Below are positions 50,278 through 63,331 of a stretch of 64,000 nt of DNA, one piece after another. The stretch is taken from positions 310,001 through 374,000 of the forward strand of contig CM082596.2 in assembly GCA_040954595.2 (NCBI GenBank), given 5' to 3'. Source of the DNA: Balanoglossus misakiensis (taxonomy: Eukaryota; Animalia; Hemichordata). The notes under the pieces are model-generated. The model did not search any database. It worked only from the letters and a program-made list of their open reading frames with translations, and was not told the origin of the DNA. The stretch's first letter is position 1. Every line of letters begins with the position of its first letter. Made by a program: the position numbers and the translations under genes.

Positions 50278-53200
50278 TAGAGTAGCCGACGTTCTCTGAT
50301 TACATCTACTACCAAGTGTGAATATGTTACTTAACAGAAAAGAATTTAATAGTCCGAGTCAATGCTCGTTTCCACAGTTCCTCCATGAAAGGAATAAGCA
50401 ATTGATTTAGTCAATTCAACTTATTAGATAAGGAAATCGACGTTGTCATACATAATTCATCAATAAAACTTGATAACAACTCTGGCGGGCTAATAAAACA
50501 GCAATCGATTAGAATTTTGTATTTGCGCTTTAATCAAAGGCACTTTGTGTATCCTAACCTGAGTATCCAGCTTTGGCAGAAAACTTACATAAAGTATTGT
50601 CAAGGCTAATGAATTAGACGAAAACACTTGACTCGTCATTCGTAATTCAGTTCTGTAACATGTTAAACAAATAAATGTAGTTAAGACTGAGGTTAGTGCT
50701 GTTTATCTTTACTATGGTCTGGCTGATGAAAACGTTTCACCACAAATGACAGTGCACAGGTACCACAATGACAAGATGACAAGGCTTTGACCACAAGAGT
50801 TTTACATTTGACAGGTCGCGATATGATTGCTCTCCCCTCCCAATTTTTACGACAAGACCCTTGTCAGAAATTACAAGCGACGTCGTCTGTCTTGGTAATC
50901 AATCATTTGGATCGAAAAACTCGAACGATTAAACACCATGAAGCAAGAATGAACAAGATGATAGGAAGTTTATCTCACATCTGCTTGCTTATCATGACAT
51001 GATCGCGTGCCAGCCACAGTAGTTTTCATTACAGCCTTTTGGGCATGGCTTCTTTGGCTTCGTTTAATTACACTGAATCTTCTTAAACATTTATGCCAAA
51101 ATCCGACTGATAATTCATCACGGCCTGTAGAATTTCATTAATATTGCTTTATAATCTAAATTCAAATATGCAATTTTATTTAAGTTTCATTCTAAGACAC
51201 TGATGATAGTCCATAGCGCATGTGCACTCTTGGCTTCGTATGACGAAGATGGCAACGCATTTTGAAATTAATGCAATATATCTGATACATGATGAATTGG
51301 TTAACAGGGACTGGTGTGACAGGCGGCGACAAGTACACTACTTAATAGGCGACAACATGATGTCTCGAGTCATCAGGGTTTAACCTTAGTAGTCGCACAC
51401 TCTGTGAAAATGTACTATTATCATCATCGCTGCCATTGTTTCAATAAATCAGATGTCATTACTGAATCGTTATGTGGTTAATCATTAACAATTAACAGAT
51501 AATACAACACCAGACTTATTAGTGAATTGATCTCCAGAATACTAGAATGGCGCCTTGTCTTGATGAACTGTGAAGAACATATCGCTGAATAGATTGTGCG
51601 TACATTAGTACGACAGGGACTTCATCGCTTTTAGTTTCCATGCAGGGAAATGCGCATTCGTTGATGCATGCATGTATACGATTATGGTATTTTCGTTAAA
51701 TCCATCTACAGGGATGTTAGGACAACTGCACAATATCACGCCATCCGAAATGAGTGTAAGGTGTATGAATTTCAAGCTGGAATACAGCTTGAACAAAACA
51801 ACATAAAATGTTAGCTTACCTATTACTAGAAATGCTGTGTACGAACACAGACCACTTCCTGTTCTGATAACTGCCTCTCCGACCCGGGGAGTTTGCACAG
51901 AGGTCTGTCTCGGTTGAATTCCAGAGTTTTTCAAGTCGTCTACAAATAAAAACAACAGTTCGTAAGGTATCGTTGTTGATCCACAAGCCCTAACAAGCAG
52001 ACGTGTGTATGTGTTGTAAGCAGTCAGGCAGTGATGCCTCAAAGTGTGCCCAAAGCAATTATGATAAGTTGTTTTCTAGCGCCAACACAAGGAGTGAGTC
52101 AGTGTGTTTTGAGCTTTGGCTTTGTGAATCATAAAAAAACTTCTAGGAATTATTTTTGTCAAACAAATAAGCAAATATTCTGTAGACGTCTATTACTCAA
52201 ATTGTCATCTGAAATGATCTAACAACGATATTTTTTGTATCGTACGTAATCATCCCCTATCAAAAATAAATTACATGTACCAAAGTAATCATTTTCGTCT
52301 ACAAGAAGGCTAGTGTGCAATGTTTCACTTGGATGTATTGCTTTGGGGACACGTCGGATGCAAGCTGCCAGTTGTCTGTTGCCGTTGTATTACACCGGAA
52401 TTTGAGTTATAAAATTTATGTCCTCAAGTTTACAACAGGCTAGCCTATTGACATTACTTCAAGAGAGACAAATATTGCGTGTCTATTGAAGGTGTTTTTT
52501 ACCGTGGCGTCAGTGTGAAGTGAGACACGTTGGCAGGTGCGTAATGTGAGGACAAGACATTAATGAGCACTAATTATACCTAGTAACAATAAGTGAAAAT
52601 ATCGTTTCGGTGGATAGTGCGAGAATAGCGTAAGCCGGAGTTGGCTATCGCTTCCTGTAGATTAGGTTTGATAATCCATCTTGATATGTCTCCGATTCTT
52701 TTTTTCAACGACAGGCAGGACCCATAGCTCCCTTTCTTTTATGAAATCACCGTAACCACTGATATGTCATCGAAAGTAGTCACGTCTCTCTTGTGTCGTG
52801 AACATCTGAGCGGCAGTTAAATGTGAACCTGTCATGATGCCTTTGAAATCAGTGATTTATGCATTTGTACTCATGAGCTGACAAGCCATTTAATATCACT
52901 TTGAGCAGAAATACTGTAGATGTAAATGTTGAAAAGACATTCATATTTTGTGGGTAGAAACTGTAGAGCGAGTTGCAATCTGATGTGTGTATGAAATGTG
53001 CTGTGGTATTGAAAACCACCACCAAGCAAAATCTAGTTACGGTCTAATATGGTATGTCTGTCTGTCTGTCTCTGTATCTCTCTTTGTCTCGGTCTGTGGT
53101 CTTTCTGACTTTCTCCCTCATCATTGCAATGAATTTTCTCCATTTTCCTCCGATTTCGGTATCGTGTGAAACACGATCCAACGAAAATGACACACACGTC

Positions 53201-54729
53201 ACATTAACTGACGAAGTGCAATCATTATCCCCTTAATGGCGGTCACCGATCGAACAACAACGATGGCTGGTCATGCATCATAAATTATCACTTGATAGCG
53301 CGGTTACCATGGCAATACATGTATCTAACACGAGATGGTACTGATTAACTATTAGTAAGCTGGAACAATCATCATTCTAATGAAAAATTAACCATCGCGG
53401 TGTGCTTTACTTTACAACTGGGGAATCGAGTATACCAGTGAAACAAGTCATGCTCATTGTTCATTCAACTATACGTTGTGCATTTGTACCCAGACTAATC
53501 CTGAATTCGGTAGCGTGATGTTCCCATATTAATCGATCGCTACTCCTAGTGTTTGCTGAAGATTTTTTCAACTAACACAAAAGCTTAGTCCAAGATTAAC
53601 TTTAGGTCTGATCTGAAAGATTTATTGAATAATCTCTTCAAGGACAATAGATACTCGTAAACCAACGCACAAACGGAATAAACGAGCAGACCTTGTTTTA
53701 GCGACATGTTGTCTCCGCTTACATCCATAACATGTGTTCGGAATATAAGATTAGTTAAACCTACAGCAAATCAAGTTCTATCAAAGAAATTACGCAAATG
53801 TTTGACTCCTCAGATTGTTACTGCTCAGGGGACAGGTCTTAAGTGATGAAACAATTACTTGTGTTTAATTTTCCCCTGTATCAGTAACGAGGGAAGGGCT
53901 CAATCAAGACATTTGTAGTCAGAGCGCCCTCCTGCGGTACCTAGGCTACAACTAAACACTTCCTTTGAAATGTTCCCAGCATTTCCGGTCCACTGATCTC
54001 GAGAAATGAACCGGAAATCGCCCGGTGACTTATTTAAGAGACTATCTCTCTGAGCAACAACTGTATCAAAAAGATAAGTCCATGTGTCTATCCGGTTTCA
54101 ATAGAAAACTTACGGGGAATCAATCTTGCCGTAACTTATCGAACCCATCGAATATGTACTGTATCTCTCCACTCAATGGCAATGCCTGGGGTTAATGTCA
54201 AGATGGTGTTCAAACGGCCGTACTCTATGTGTTCTGCTCCATGTACTTACAAGTGTTAAAACAGTCAGTACATGTATGTACTGTGGAGTTTTCATGCAAT
54301 GCATTGACTCGGATAATGCAAAGTTTGTTCACAAGATAAGCTAGGATTTTTCCTTCCACACATTTACGAGGAACGTAAACGGAAGTCCACATTCGGGTTT
54401 TAGAAAAAAGAAAAATTGATCATTTCTTGCCATTGAGTAAGTGCGACATACTACTTCAATTCTAGACTTGGTACGCCCCCGGCCATACAGGCTGCGAAAT
54501 GATTGGTTTTGAGAAACGGTCGGTCAGCATCCGTGCAATACGGGGATGTTTGTTGTCATGACGTCAACTTTAGATGCGTTCAGCTAAAGCTCAGCCAATG
54601 TTTTTTTTGAGAAAATGTGTCTTCAATCCCGTGTTGTATTTTGGTCAGTGGAATGATAAAATTACGAAACTATTACAGCATGCCGGAAGATATTCTTTGG
54701 GGATTATATCGGATAACTTTGGATAGAAG

Positions 54730-54940
54730 CAGCAGTGTGGTTGGTTTCGGCAATAATTGATGTTCCTTGCGTGAAACAAACGGAATTTCGACAGTATGAC
54801 TTTTCATTTTTTATTATGGAAGTAACACACTTCCAACACTGTCTGGCCACTGGATCGAATACATATATAAACCCACTCAGCCATGCTTCCAACTCTCATT
54901 AAATAGCAGCATCATATTGCGAATATAAGCTTACACGCTG
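54730..54940 (-). mobile_element. LINE RT-core relic
   Basis: AWLSGFI...RQC...IKNEKS...FTQGTSII (W..FL.R.Q...N..S...PQG-like). Confidence 0.45.
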
Positions 54941-55549
54941 TACATTGACAATTTCTAGATGTAATCGCTTGGCTGGATCTATGACGTGCGGTTATTACAG
55001 ACTTGTTATGCGGTTTCATCATCTGCTGAGTTTGTTGATTACTATCAGTTTCCAAATGCAGCAGCACTAGTGATACGAATCACACAAAGTTTTGAATTAT
55101 GGAAAATACATGGGTGTGAAAATAAGGATTGTACTTGATTAAAATGTGCAATGAAGTCAAATACGTTTCTAATTTAATCTGCAAACATGATATTTATACC
55201 ATGAGCCGCACACAAATCCTACAAATGTATTAAAGATTATATGATTACATTAATGATCTTGTAATGTTGATGTCTTATACATTCATAGTTTGAAGAAAAT
55301 GGTCAAAATTGATGCCGTGGTGCATTCTGGCTACTATTAATGACTATGTTTCTGTGCGCGACCTCAGTCTGTAGATATACAGAAAAGTGAAACCACACAC
55401 ACGCAAACATGTGTTAATGACACACATACACATACGTATACACATAGAGAACGTGAAAACACTATTTTTATCACCGCCCGTCAATTAGTAGTCCTACCGA
55501 TGTATCCTGCCTATGGCATCAACAGACTCAGTGGAGAAAAAGAAAAGCA

Positions 55550-55710
55550 ACTTACTTGTATAAAATGATCAACTTGAATGATCGGACAGCCTAACAAGTA
55601 GTCCTGGTAGACAACTGTCCAACTGCTGCTGTAAGACACAACGTGAAAACAAGAGTTCACTACGCAGACAAGTACAGATTGAGCTCTCGTATACAATTTG
55701 ATAGCGCCCC
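55550..55710 (-). mobile_element. LINE RT-core relic
   Basis: IKLYTRAQSV...CF.V...VYQDYLLGCP...FI (LY...S.V...F...GVxQG..LSP.LF-like). Confidence 0.45.
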
Positions 55711-55979
55711 TTATGATGTCACAATGCATTCAATTATCTGTGACAAATGCGCATCTTAATAAGACATTATCATTACAAAGTCTGCACTCTATCTTCCCTT
55801 GTCCAAAATGATTTCACAAGACAAACAAGGTAACTTTCAGTATCCGTTAGGATTACTGTGCGTAGATTCAAAAGACGGGGTAACTTTCTTGAAAATTGAA
55901 GTAAGGGACTGTTTCAGGGATTGATTCGTTGTTCAATAAAAAATATATAATAATAACTTAGGTAGAGTTTGAATGTCAT

Positions 55980-56190
55980 TTGAATCAAGGCCTTTCATCA
56001 TGACGGCTCCGGTTATTCCCCGACAGATCACAGACCACCATTGAATCAAACAGATCACTTTTCCTCTCTCTCGTTAACCTATACCCCAGTGCTTAACGAT
56101 CAAATAAAGACGACCATGGGTGTTCCACCCCGCACGTGTCAGATTCTAACAGGTTTTGCTGATTTTGTTTTCTTAGCAAACACTTGTACG
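55980..56190 (+). mobile_element. LINE RT-core relic
   Basis: KAFH (~55988), then TMGVPP..IL...FVFLAN. Confidence 0.45.
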
Positions 56191-57989
56191 TTGCTGCGTC
56201 ATCCAGAGGTATTTTCAATTAACGTTGAAAATATCATAATATTATCATCTGCTCTTGTACAGTTTAGAATAGTCATATTTCATATTATGTCAATATTTGC
56301 CAGCAATGGACAGCTGGTTGCATTACTTATACAGTTATATGCACATGAAAGGAAAACAGACCTCAAGGAGAATTTTCCAATGGCATGAATTTCAATAGGC
56401 ACAAACGTTTTCCATTGTTATCAAACCCGCTGGGAATTTCTACATTTCCTCTGGTAATAAATGCCATACACATGCAACATGTGTGGTTTTTCCGAAGTAT
56501 TAAGTTCATATCTCCTTGTGTGATAGTGTAAATTATTATTTCATTGCGGCTGTAAAGTTTACCAATATTCACTTGTATTTACACATTCTATTTGACCATC
56601 TGGTGGAAAACGTTGCTATATATTTTGACACGTCCACTGCATCTATACAAGACGTTTACAGAACAGGACGGGGAAATATTATTAATGACATTGGTTTTTT
56701 TTAAACATATTACGTGAACTATGGTGTATTCTTGCACAAGTAATTAAAAATACCAGAGATTAAATATCTCTGTGTGTTGACTTGTCTGTAATGAATCAAC
56801 TAAAATACTGCCGCACTTGTCAGCTGTCATCGGCACAAGATGTAATGTTGATGAGCTTTCTATTGAGTTTTAGCAGTGGATACATATCGCTCATGATCAC
56901 ACGAAACTGTATAATGCATCACTACAGTTGTGAACTTAAGGCTTATGCACCACGCATCCCAACCCCATCAGCGAAATCATTTGGAAATCCAGTAACAGGC
57001 TGTCAGAGTCACATGGATTTGCTCAAGTCACTGATGTTCAAGTGAATCATTTCGTCAATGTTAATACCAGCTACTCCAATGCAGTGTTTAGTTCTTTAGT
57101 TCCATTTGTGGCCCTTTTCTTAGATTCACATCTTTTATTGCATCTATGTACCTAGCCTCTTATTTCTGTCGCTACCTTCTTTCCATCTTGTACTGAAACA
57201 CGAATTTCCGATCAGAATCAGCGTCGATTTCAGCTGTCGATAACAAATGACATTAGATATTGATTTCTTCCAGCTCATGCTCTGAGATACCTACATGTAA
57301 GTGACATCTGTGACATGATGCATTGACCCTACGCATTGCCGGTAAATGTGTTGCTTTCTGCTTGAATTAACCTCTTTCCGGTACACTCTTTCTGGTGTAC
57401 TTTTCCCGTGTACCATTTCCCGCCATGTAACATTCCTGTTCATTTCATCCAACATTTCTGAATATCATACCCCAGTTCCACTATCTTGACATCACAGCGA
57501 GATGAACAAAATCACCATGCTAACAAGTACACACTCGTTTATTTTGGAAGAATAGTGCGACATTTATGCTTCGCGGAAAGAACCAACATGTCCTGCCTAA
57601 TTAGAACGTTATAAATACGAAACCACGTGATTCATGACCATTTTTTTCTGAAAGCAGTCGGTTCGCGTTTTCTTCAAACGATTTTAATATGTTTGGAGGC
57701 ATTTCTTTCGTTGCATGCCTCATAAAGCAAAGATGCCATGCGTGCACCTGGCTTCTTTCATTATTCATGACCACGACCATCAAGAGTATGTTGAATGTTG
57801 CGAGTCAAATCCCTTTTCACCTGCGAGATGAAATATTCTTGATCAACTGAGTTCATGTACATTGCTCGCGACATGGCCCCTGATACTAACAGTCTAATGG
57901 CAGGGAAGAGGGTCAGGCCAGTGTCACAGTCTTATAGATTTCGGTTGAATCAATGCGCGCAGTGGTGAATGTAATGTGCGTGAAAATGT

Positions 57990-58410
57990 TGTGTTATCTT
58001 TTTGTGTCACCGAATTGGGACATCTTGTTGCGGATTAAAATGGGCGATGAAATCGATAATCTAATGTACCGTGATAGTGACGGCGTAAAACAAGCGTGGG
58101 TGCACAGTTTGTCGTGCAAGTTGGAAATTATCCTTTAGGGTCAGTTCGCTATTCAAAAGTTTATTGTTAGCAAAGACAGTTTTAAAGTTACTACATAAAC
58201 AAATGTAAAGACATTGAAATGTAATCGAATTTTATCTTTTCTGTGTTGGAACATGTGACATAGTCAATAGTAAAGAGTTAGAAGTCATCTGATGGTCAAC
58301 CCATAATGCATCTTGATACAGGTCGATAAGCGCAGCGAATCTAAAGTTGTTTTGATGCTGTTGATTTGTTCTCTGGAGGAATGGGCAAGAGTGGTGCTTC
58401 GACCAAACAG
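57990..58410 (+). mobile_element. CR1-like LINE RT-core relic
   Basis: DGVKQAW, PLGSV, SLEEWARVVLRPN in canonical order. Confidence 0.45.
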
Positions 58411-59889
58411 CCTGTTCGCGCAAGAATATTACTCAATAATATTCTTTACTTGCTACTTGTTTATGCCTAGACATTTCTACATGCTGTTCTCATCAGTCGT
58501 TTTTAGATGGCCATCCAAATAACATCCGTTTTCTAAAAGCATAGAGTATAAGATTTAAAAATATGTCCCTTTATGGAGACCAAAAAGTACTGTTGCGTAT
58601 TGACCTGTCACTTCATGTATTGGTCATGTTAAAGCAATATCCTTAATAGGAATTGCAGTAGACAAGGCTTACAATTTTCCACTCATCATAAAATACAATT
58701 TCAATCAAATTATTTATCGGATTTGAAGATATTTAACTAAATTAAAGCATTAGCGATGGGACGACACTGTGTTAAGATATATCGACGGACCACTTAACTG
58801 CGCTGTGTACTATAATATCATTTGTGCAAATGGGATCAGACAAGTATACCGCCAACAATGCATCATGGCGTCAAAGTAAATGTAGCCGATAATGGCACCT
58901 CAATCACATCTCTATGACCTGCTGATAATGAAAATCAAGAAAGTGGTGCATTGGAATGTCTAATCTGAGCAGCCTATATGGGCTTTTAACAGAATCAGGC
59001 GACAATTTAAATTCAATCTTCCAGTGGACAAGTCCTGGCTAAGTCGTCTTTGGATTGGTGGATACTGACTCTGATGACATGGGGCTGACGGTTTGTCTGT
59101 AATATTTAACGCCTGATGGCTGAATACGAGTCACAGGAGCTATGTAACCACATGTGATTTGATTTGCCTTATTGTATTTGTGAGATATCAGAACACCTTA
59201 GTTCTTTTTCAACTATTCATACATAAACAGTTGTATTTGAGGGATAGAACACAGTGACAGACGACTTGTCCGAAGTTGTCGCCACGCATTTTGGTTCCAG
59301 AATGCATTTGAATGCAAAGTTACGTCATGTGTGTGATGATGCAAATAATGGCATTTAACACATCAAGTGAACAGAACACATACATTCTCTTATCCAAACT
59401 ACAATCAGATGTGTGCCCAGTAGTCACAAACAGGTCGCACCAGCTGTTTTATCTCATCTCAACGACATTCCAAGGATTGCGCTGTAATTTGTGAAGTTCG
59501 TAAGGTTACACTGGTTGCAGCTGGTGAGAATTCACATTTAAAATATGTAACGGCTCGGTTAGTTTCTAGAACACTGATGCAAAATGTGTGAGTTTATGCG
59601 TGTAAAGTCAATTTCAATTTGTTTGGTTTACTCCATTTCTCATTCCAAATTTATAATTATACAAAATGGCCAGTCCCTCATTTTTTCCAAAGTTATTGAC
59701 CTTTTCTGTCACTCCAAACAGCAGACCTATAAACGCGATGCGCCAATTGGTCCTAAATTTGCCTCTAAAAATAGCAAATTAAAGTTTCCGTGTGCACGAC
59801 TTTAATTTAGGTAAATGAAACACAAGTGTGATAAAGTTCTTCCGGCGGCGCAATCATATCACTAATCATCGGAGAGCGCCTGGCTCGTA

Positions 59890-60095
59890 TTTGTCCGATT
59901 GCCAACAGACGGTCACACTCTGACCACGCTGATGACCGTTATCGATAAACTCGGCCGTTGCAATCTTGATTTGATCACAGACTGTGAAATGATGTGCTAT
60001 CGAATATCACCTTCAATTGACACGTCTGTTATCTCATCAAACCCTCATATGACCATGCATGGCATCACTGATTGCATTCTGGTGTGGACATTATG
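59890..60095 (+). mobile_element. LINE RT relic
   Basis: GHTLTTLMTVID, SIDT, MHGITDCILVW (YGIxGxxLxW-like). Confidence 0.45.
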
Positions 60096-60977
60096 ATGGG
60101 TTTTTAGGTTTTAGGTTAGTTTTTTTAACTATACCTGCAAGCTACAAACTTTGCTGTTGTACATTCATGTAAAAGTTCTTATTCAGATTTGAACAAAATG
60201 CCAGAGAATTTTGGGTAACACGGATTGAATTTTAAAAGATTCTTAGTAATCAGATGAATGCAACGCAAAACATGAATCTTGTCAGTTAACCATGAGAGGG
60301 CGCACATCCGTTGAGTACAAGTCAACAAATTGACACTGTGAGTATCTCAACTGCTGACCGCGACGGAAACTAAGGGAAGGTAGTCATATAAATTTTATTA
60401 ACTCTCTCACAGATTGCCTCGAAAATTGTTAAAATTAAGACTATCCGAGTAACCGTGGCGAGGTAGTGGAGACGGCTTATCCAGTCAACAGCCCTAGATC
60501 ATAAAAAGTAGTGATGTTTGATTGTTGATTTGACCTGTTCCACATGCACGTACAGCAGTTTCTTCAGATTTTTTGACATGCCGTTAACTACTTTTCAAGT
60601 GACCTCACTTAGAGTACGTTGCACATGATAAAATGTGTTGGAGGCCTACATCTTAGAGAATCAAATTCCAAAATGATTTTTACCTGACGTTCGTTGAAAG
60701 AGTTTCTCGTTCAAATTGGCCGGATCAGCAAATGAGTTGATCTACCACAAGAGTCTGCTCACGTAGCAACTCATTTCAGCCACTTCACGTTTACCCAAAA
60801 TAGAACGAATTACAAATTCAATAAAGTTTTATAGTTACATTTATAATTTCATTTCGAATATATGAGTGTATATCATGCATATGTGTTTGTATGTGTGTGT
60901 GGCAGATTCATGAACTGAACCTCTGTACAATTTGAAACTGTGCGTGTCCAATCAAATACGCGGACATAAAATAGTTT

Positions 60978-61140
60978 GTGATGGACATCAATGTTGTATC
61001 ATTGTGCATGTTGGACAGAATACTTAAATGCAATAGTACAGTACTTTCAACTATGTGCTGCCGGAACGCCCTACTACTGGTCACTTGGCTCCAATGTTTC
61101 ACGGAAATATCAGTCAGATGTATACTGACTGACAATCTTA
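60978..61140 (+). mobile_element. LINE RT relic
   Basis: VSLCMLD..LKC.STV...L..WL (CFLDxxKCFDTV-like). Confidence 0.4.
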
Positions 61141-61949
61141 CAACCCATGCAATGGCCAACCCACCCCGTTAACATTGTCACGTGACATCACATAGATGGC
61201 ACTAATTGGTTTCTTCGTGGAATAGTGAATTTGCGAGGACCTTCAGAGCAAAGTAGGCATAAGGCTGGGTCACCAGAACGCTCTCACCACATCTAAATCT
61301 GTGTCAAAAACTGTCACTTTTATTGATTAATTAAGTTGGCGCGCTGTCCTGTTGGTGTAACCTTTGCGATTAAATTTTGGTGGTAAATCCTGCAGAGTCC
61401 TTGGTGGAAATTTGATATCAAATTCGTGAGGCACGTTCAATTTCGTGCTCTTTCTCTCTCATCAAAGCCAAATATTCAGATATATTGCTTGCATTCAGAA
61501 CAGCTCTAGAAATGATAGCCACAAGGTTTAATTTCTACAAAGCTTTTAGAGCAAAATTTGGTTATCGACGTATCTGTTGGCCATTCATGTTACGTTTATG
61601 TCCATATTCATCTGGGTCAGGATTGGGTGTAACTTCACGAGGCAAGAACGGGGGGATTTGAAAGCAAAGACATTTTTCGGTGAAAATTTAGATTTGATGT
61701 TTGGTTCCGCTCGGCTATTCGAAAATTTGCTTCAAACAATGTCGGGCACAAGACTACTGATGCCATTTTGCATACAACTGGATTTGTATTTGAAACCCGT
61801 GAGTCAAAGGGATGCTGCCAAAATAAATCATATCTGTAACTTACCATGTGAAGAGCATCAAGAATCCAGATGAAAGTGTTGACGTGGCTATCTCAGCCTT
61901 TGAATGTGAACAACAATTTGCTTTTCATGAAACTGCGAGATCATGTATG

Positions 61950-62120
61950 ACTGTTGCTTGTCCGAAGTGGCACGGAAAGTGAACAACACCCTGGCAACAG
62001 CTGCAAACAGAACTATATTATGCAGAACACGCCTTCCACGCATGTCAAAGAGCATCATAGGGTCTTATCTCGATTTTCACTGTCAAGATTTTCAACGTCT
62101 TGGTTACTGTTTGCAATACA
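61950..62120 (+). mobile_element. LINE post-RT relic
   Basis: EVARKVNNTL...R..LP...RLGYC (V..KAN..L...RLDYC-like). Confidence 0.45.
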
Positions 62121-63170
62121 GCATCATCGATCGTGATTAATTATCGCTACAGTTACTGCCATTGATTTACTCTAACAATATTTAACTTAGTATTAAAATT
62201 GACTAATGTTGAAATCGACCAACCTATGCAAGTAATTATTGGATTATCTGTCCATAGTTGTGGCATTCTGGCGTTAAATCGATTAAGTGGGAGTTCATGT
62301 ACTGTTACTTTTCTTTTAAGCTTGTGTTCTTTTCTTTTCCTACCTTTACTATCGACAAGCAGAAGATCATTTGGAAGACATTACCCCACTACTGTATACA
62401 AACCATTAACTCCACAATAATTGCCATTCTCAAATATGGACATGTTTTAGTTGTATAAATTGTCACTGTCCAGCAACGACATATTTGAAAATATCTAGAA
62501 AATGGTCTCGATGATATTATCAGAGATTTTTATCATTACGCCTGTACTCAGGCATCCTATGAAGCAGGAAAATACTAAAAAAGTAGTGAATGGTTTCTCT
62601 CGATACAACAATGTCTGCAAAGTTGTGTGACTGTGATAACAAGTTTGCCATAGATAAAAGAAACGTCAGATAAAGTGGGATTATAGAGGCGATATCAATT
62701 TCACCATAAACAATTTCATTTGCGCTGAGATTTTCACGACAGCCTTCCTAAACAAACAGCACCAATACATTTATTCGCAATTTCCTCAGTTTTCTTTGTC
62801 ATAAATAAAGACATCGATTTTCTCTGTCGAGTGAAGCGTTATTAAAAGACACACCCGTTGTGCTTGACAATATCCACCACTTTGCAACCAAGCGACACAC
62901 GAAATAAAGACTCTGCTTCTTATCAACTGATGGTCGTGATAGCTCCTCGCCATTCAGCGCTTTAGCATTGCAAGACCTTGTCACTATGGTGCTAATACAA
63001 CCAATTTATTTGAGTTAATGCGATTATTGTCCCCCATTTTTCAGTTTGACAATGAACCTCCTTATCTGATTATAGAGATTTTTTCTCTCTCATGGATTTC
63101 TCTTTTCATCAAGACAGAATCAAAGTCAATTCTGTAAAAGTTACTAAAGCACTTGACCTGACTTTATTAT

Positions 63171-63331
63171 GGCTGGCTGGCTGTCTGTCTGTCACTCACT
63201 CACTCATTCACTCACTCACTGTCTCTCTCTCCCTCCCTCCCTCCCTTCCACCCTTCCCCTCTCTCTCTCTCACTCTTGTCTCTGTCTCCCTCTGTCTCCC
63301 TCTCTCTTCTCTCTGTCTCTCTCTCTCTCTC
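63171..63331. repeat. Compound pyrimidine-rich microsatellite (GGCT, TCTG, CACT, CCCT, CT units)
   Basis: Directly visible; source of the low-complexity SL and ER pseudo-ORFs. Confidence 0.95.

Noticed and set aside
49611-50315. ORFs of 164-234 aa (MYVC and HTYI repeats)
   Set aside because: Translations of the TATG microsatellite
52362-52374. 13-nt match to the 5' end of vertebrate miR-22
   Set aside because: The rest diverges and no precursor hairpin is evident
16580-59800. AT-rich patches resembling non-autonomous DNA transposon debris (e.g. 16580-16720, 22600-22750, 26300-26400, 38200-38420, 59640-59800) and TTAA-GG termini
   Set aside because: No matching terminal inverted repeats or target-site duplications found, so no element can be delimited
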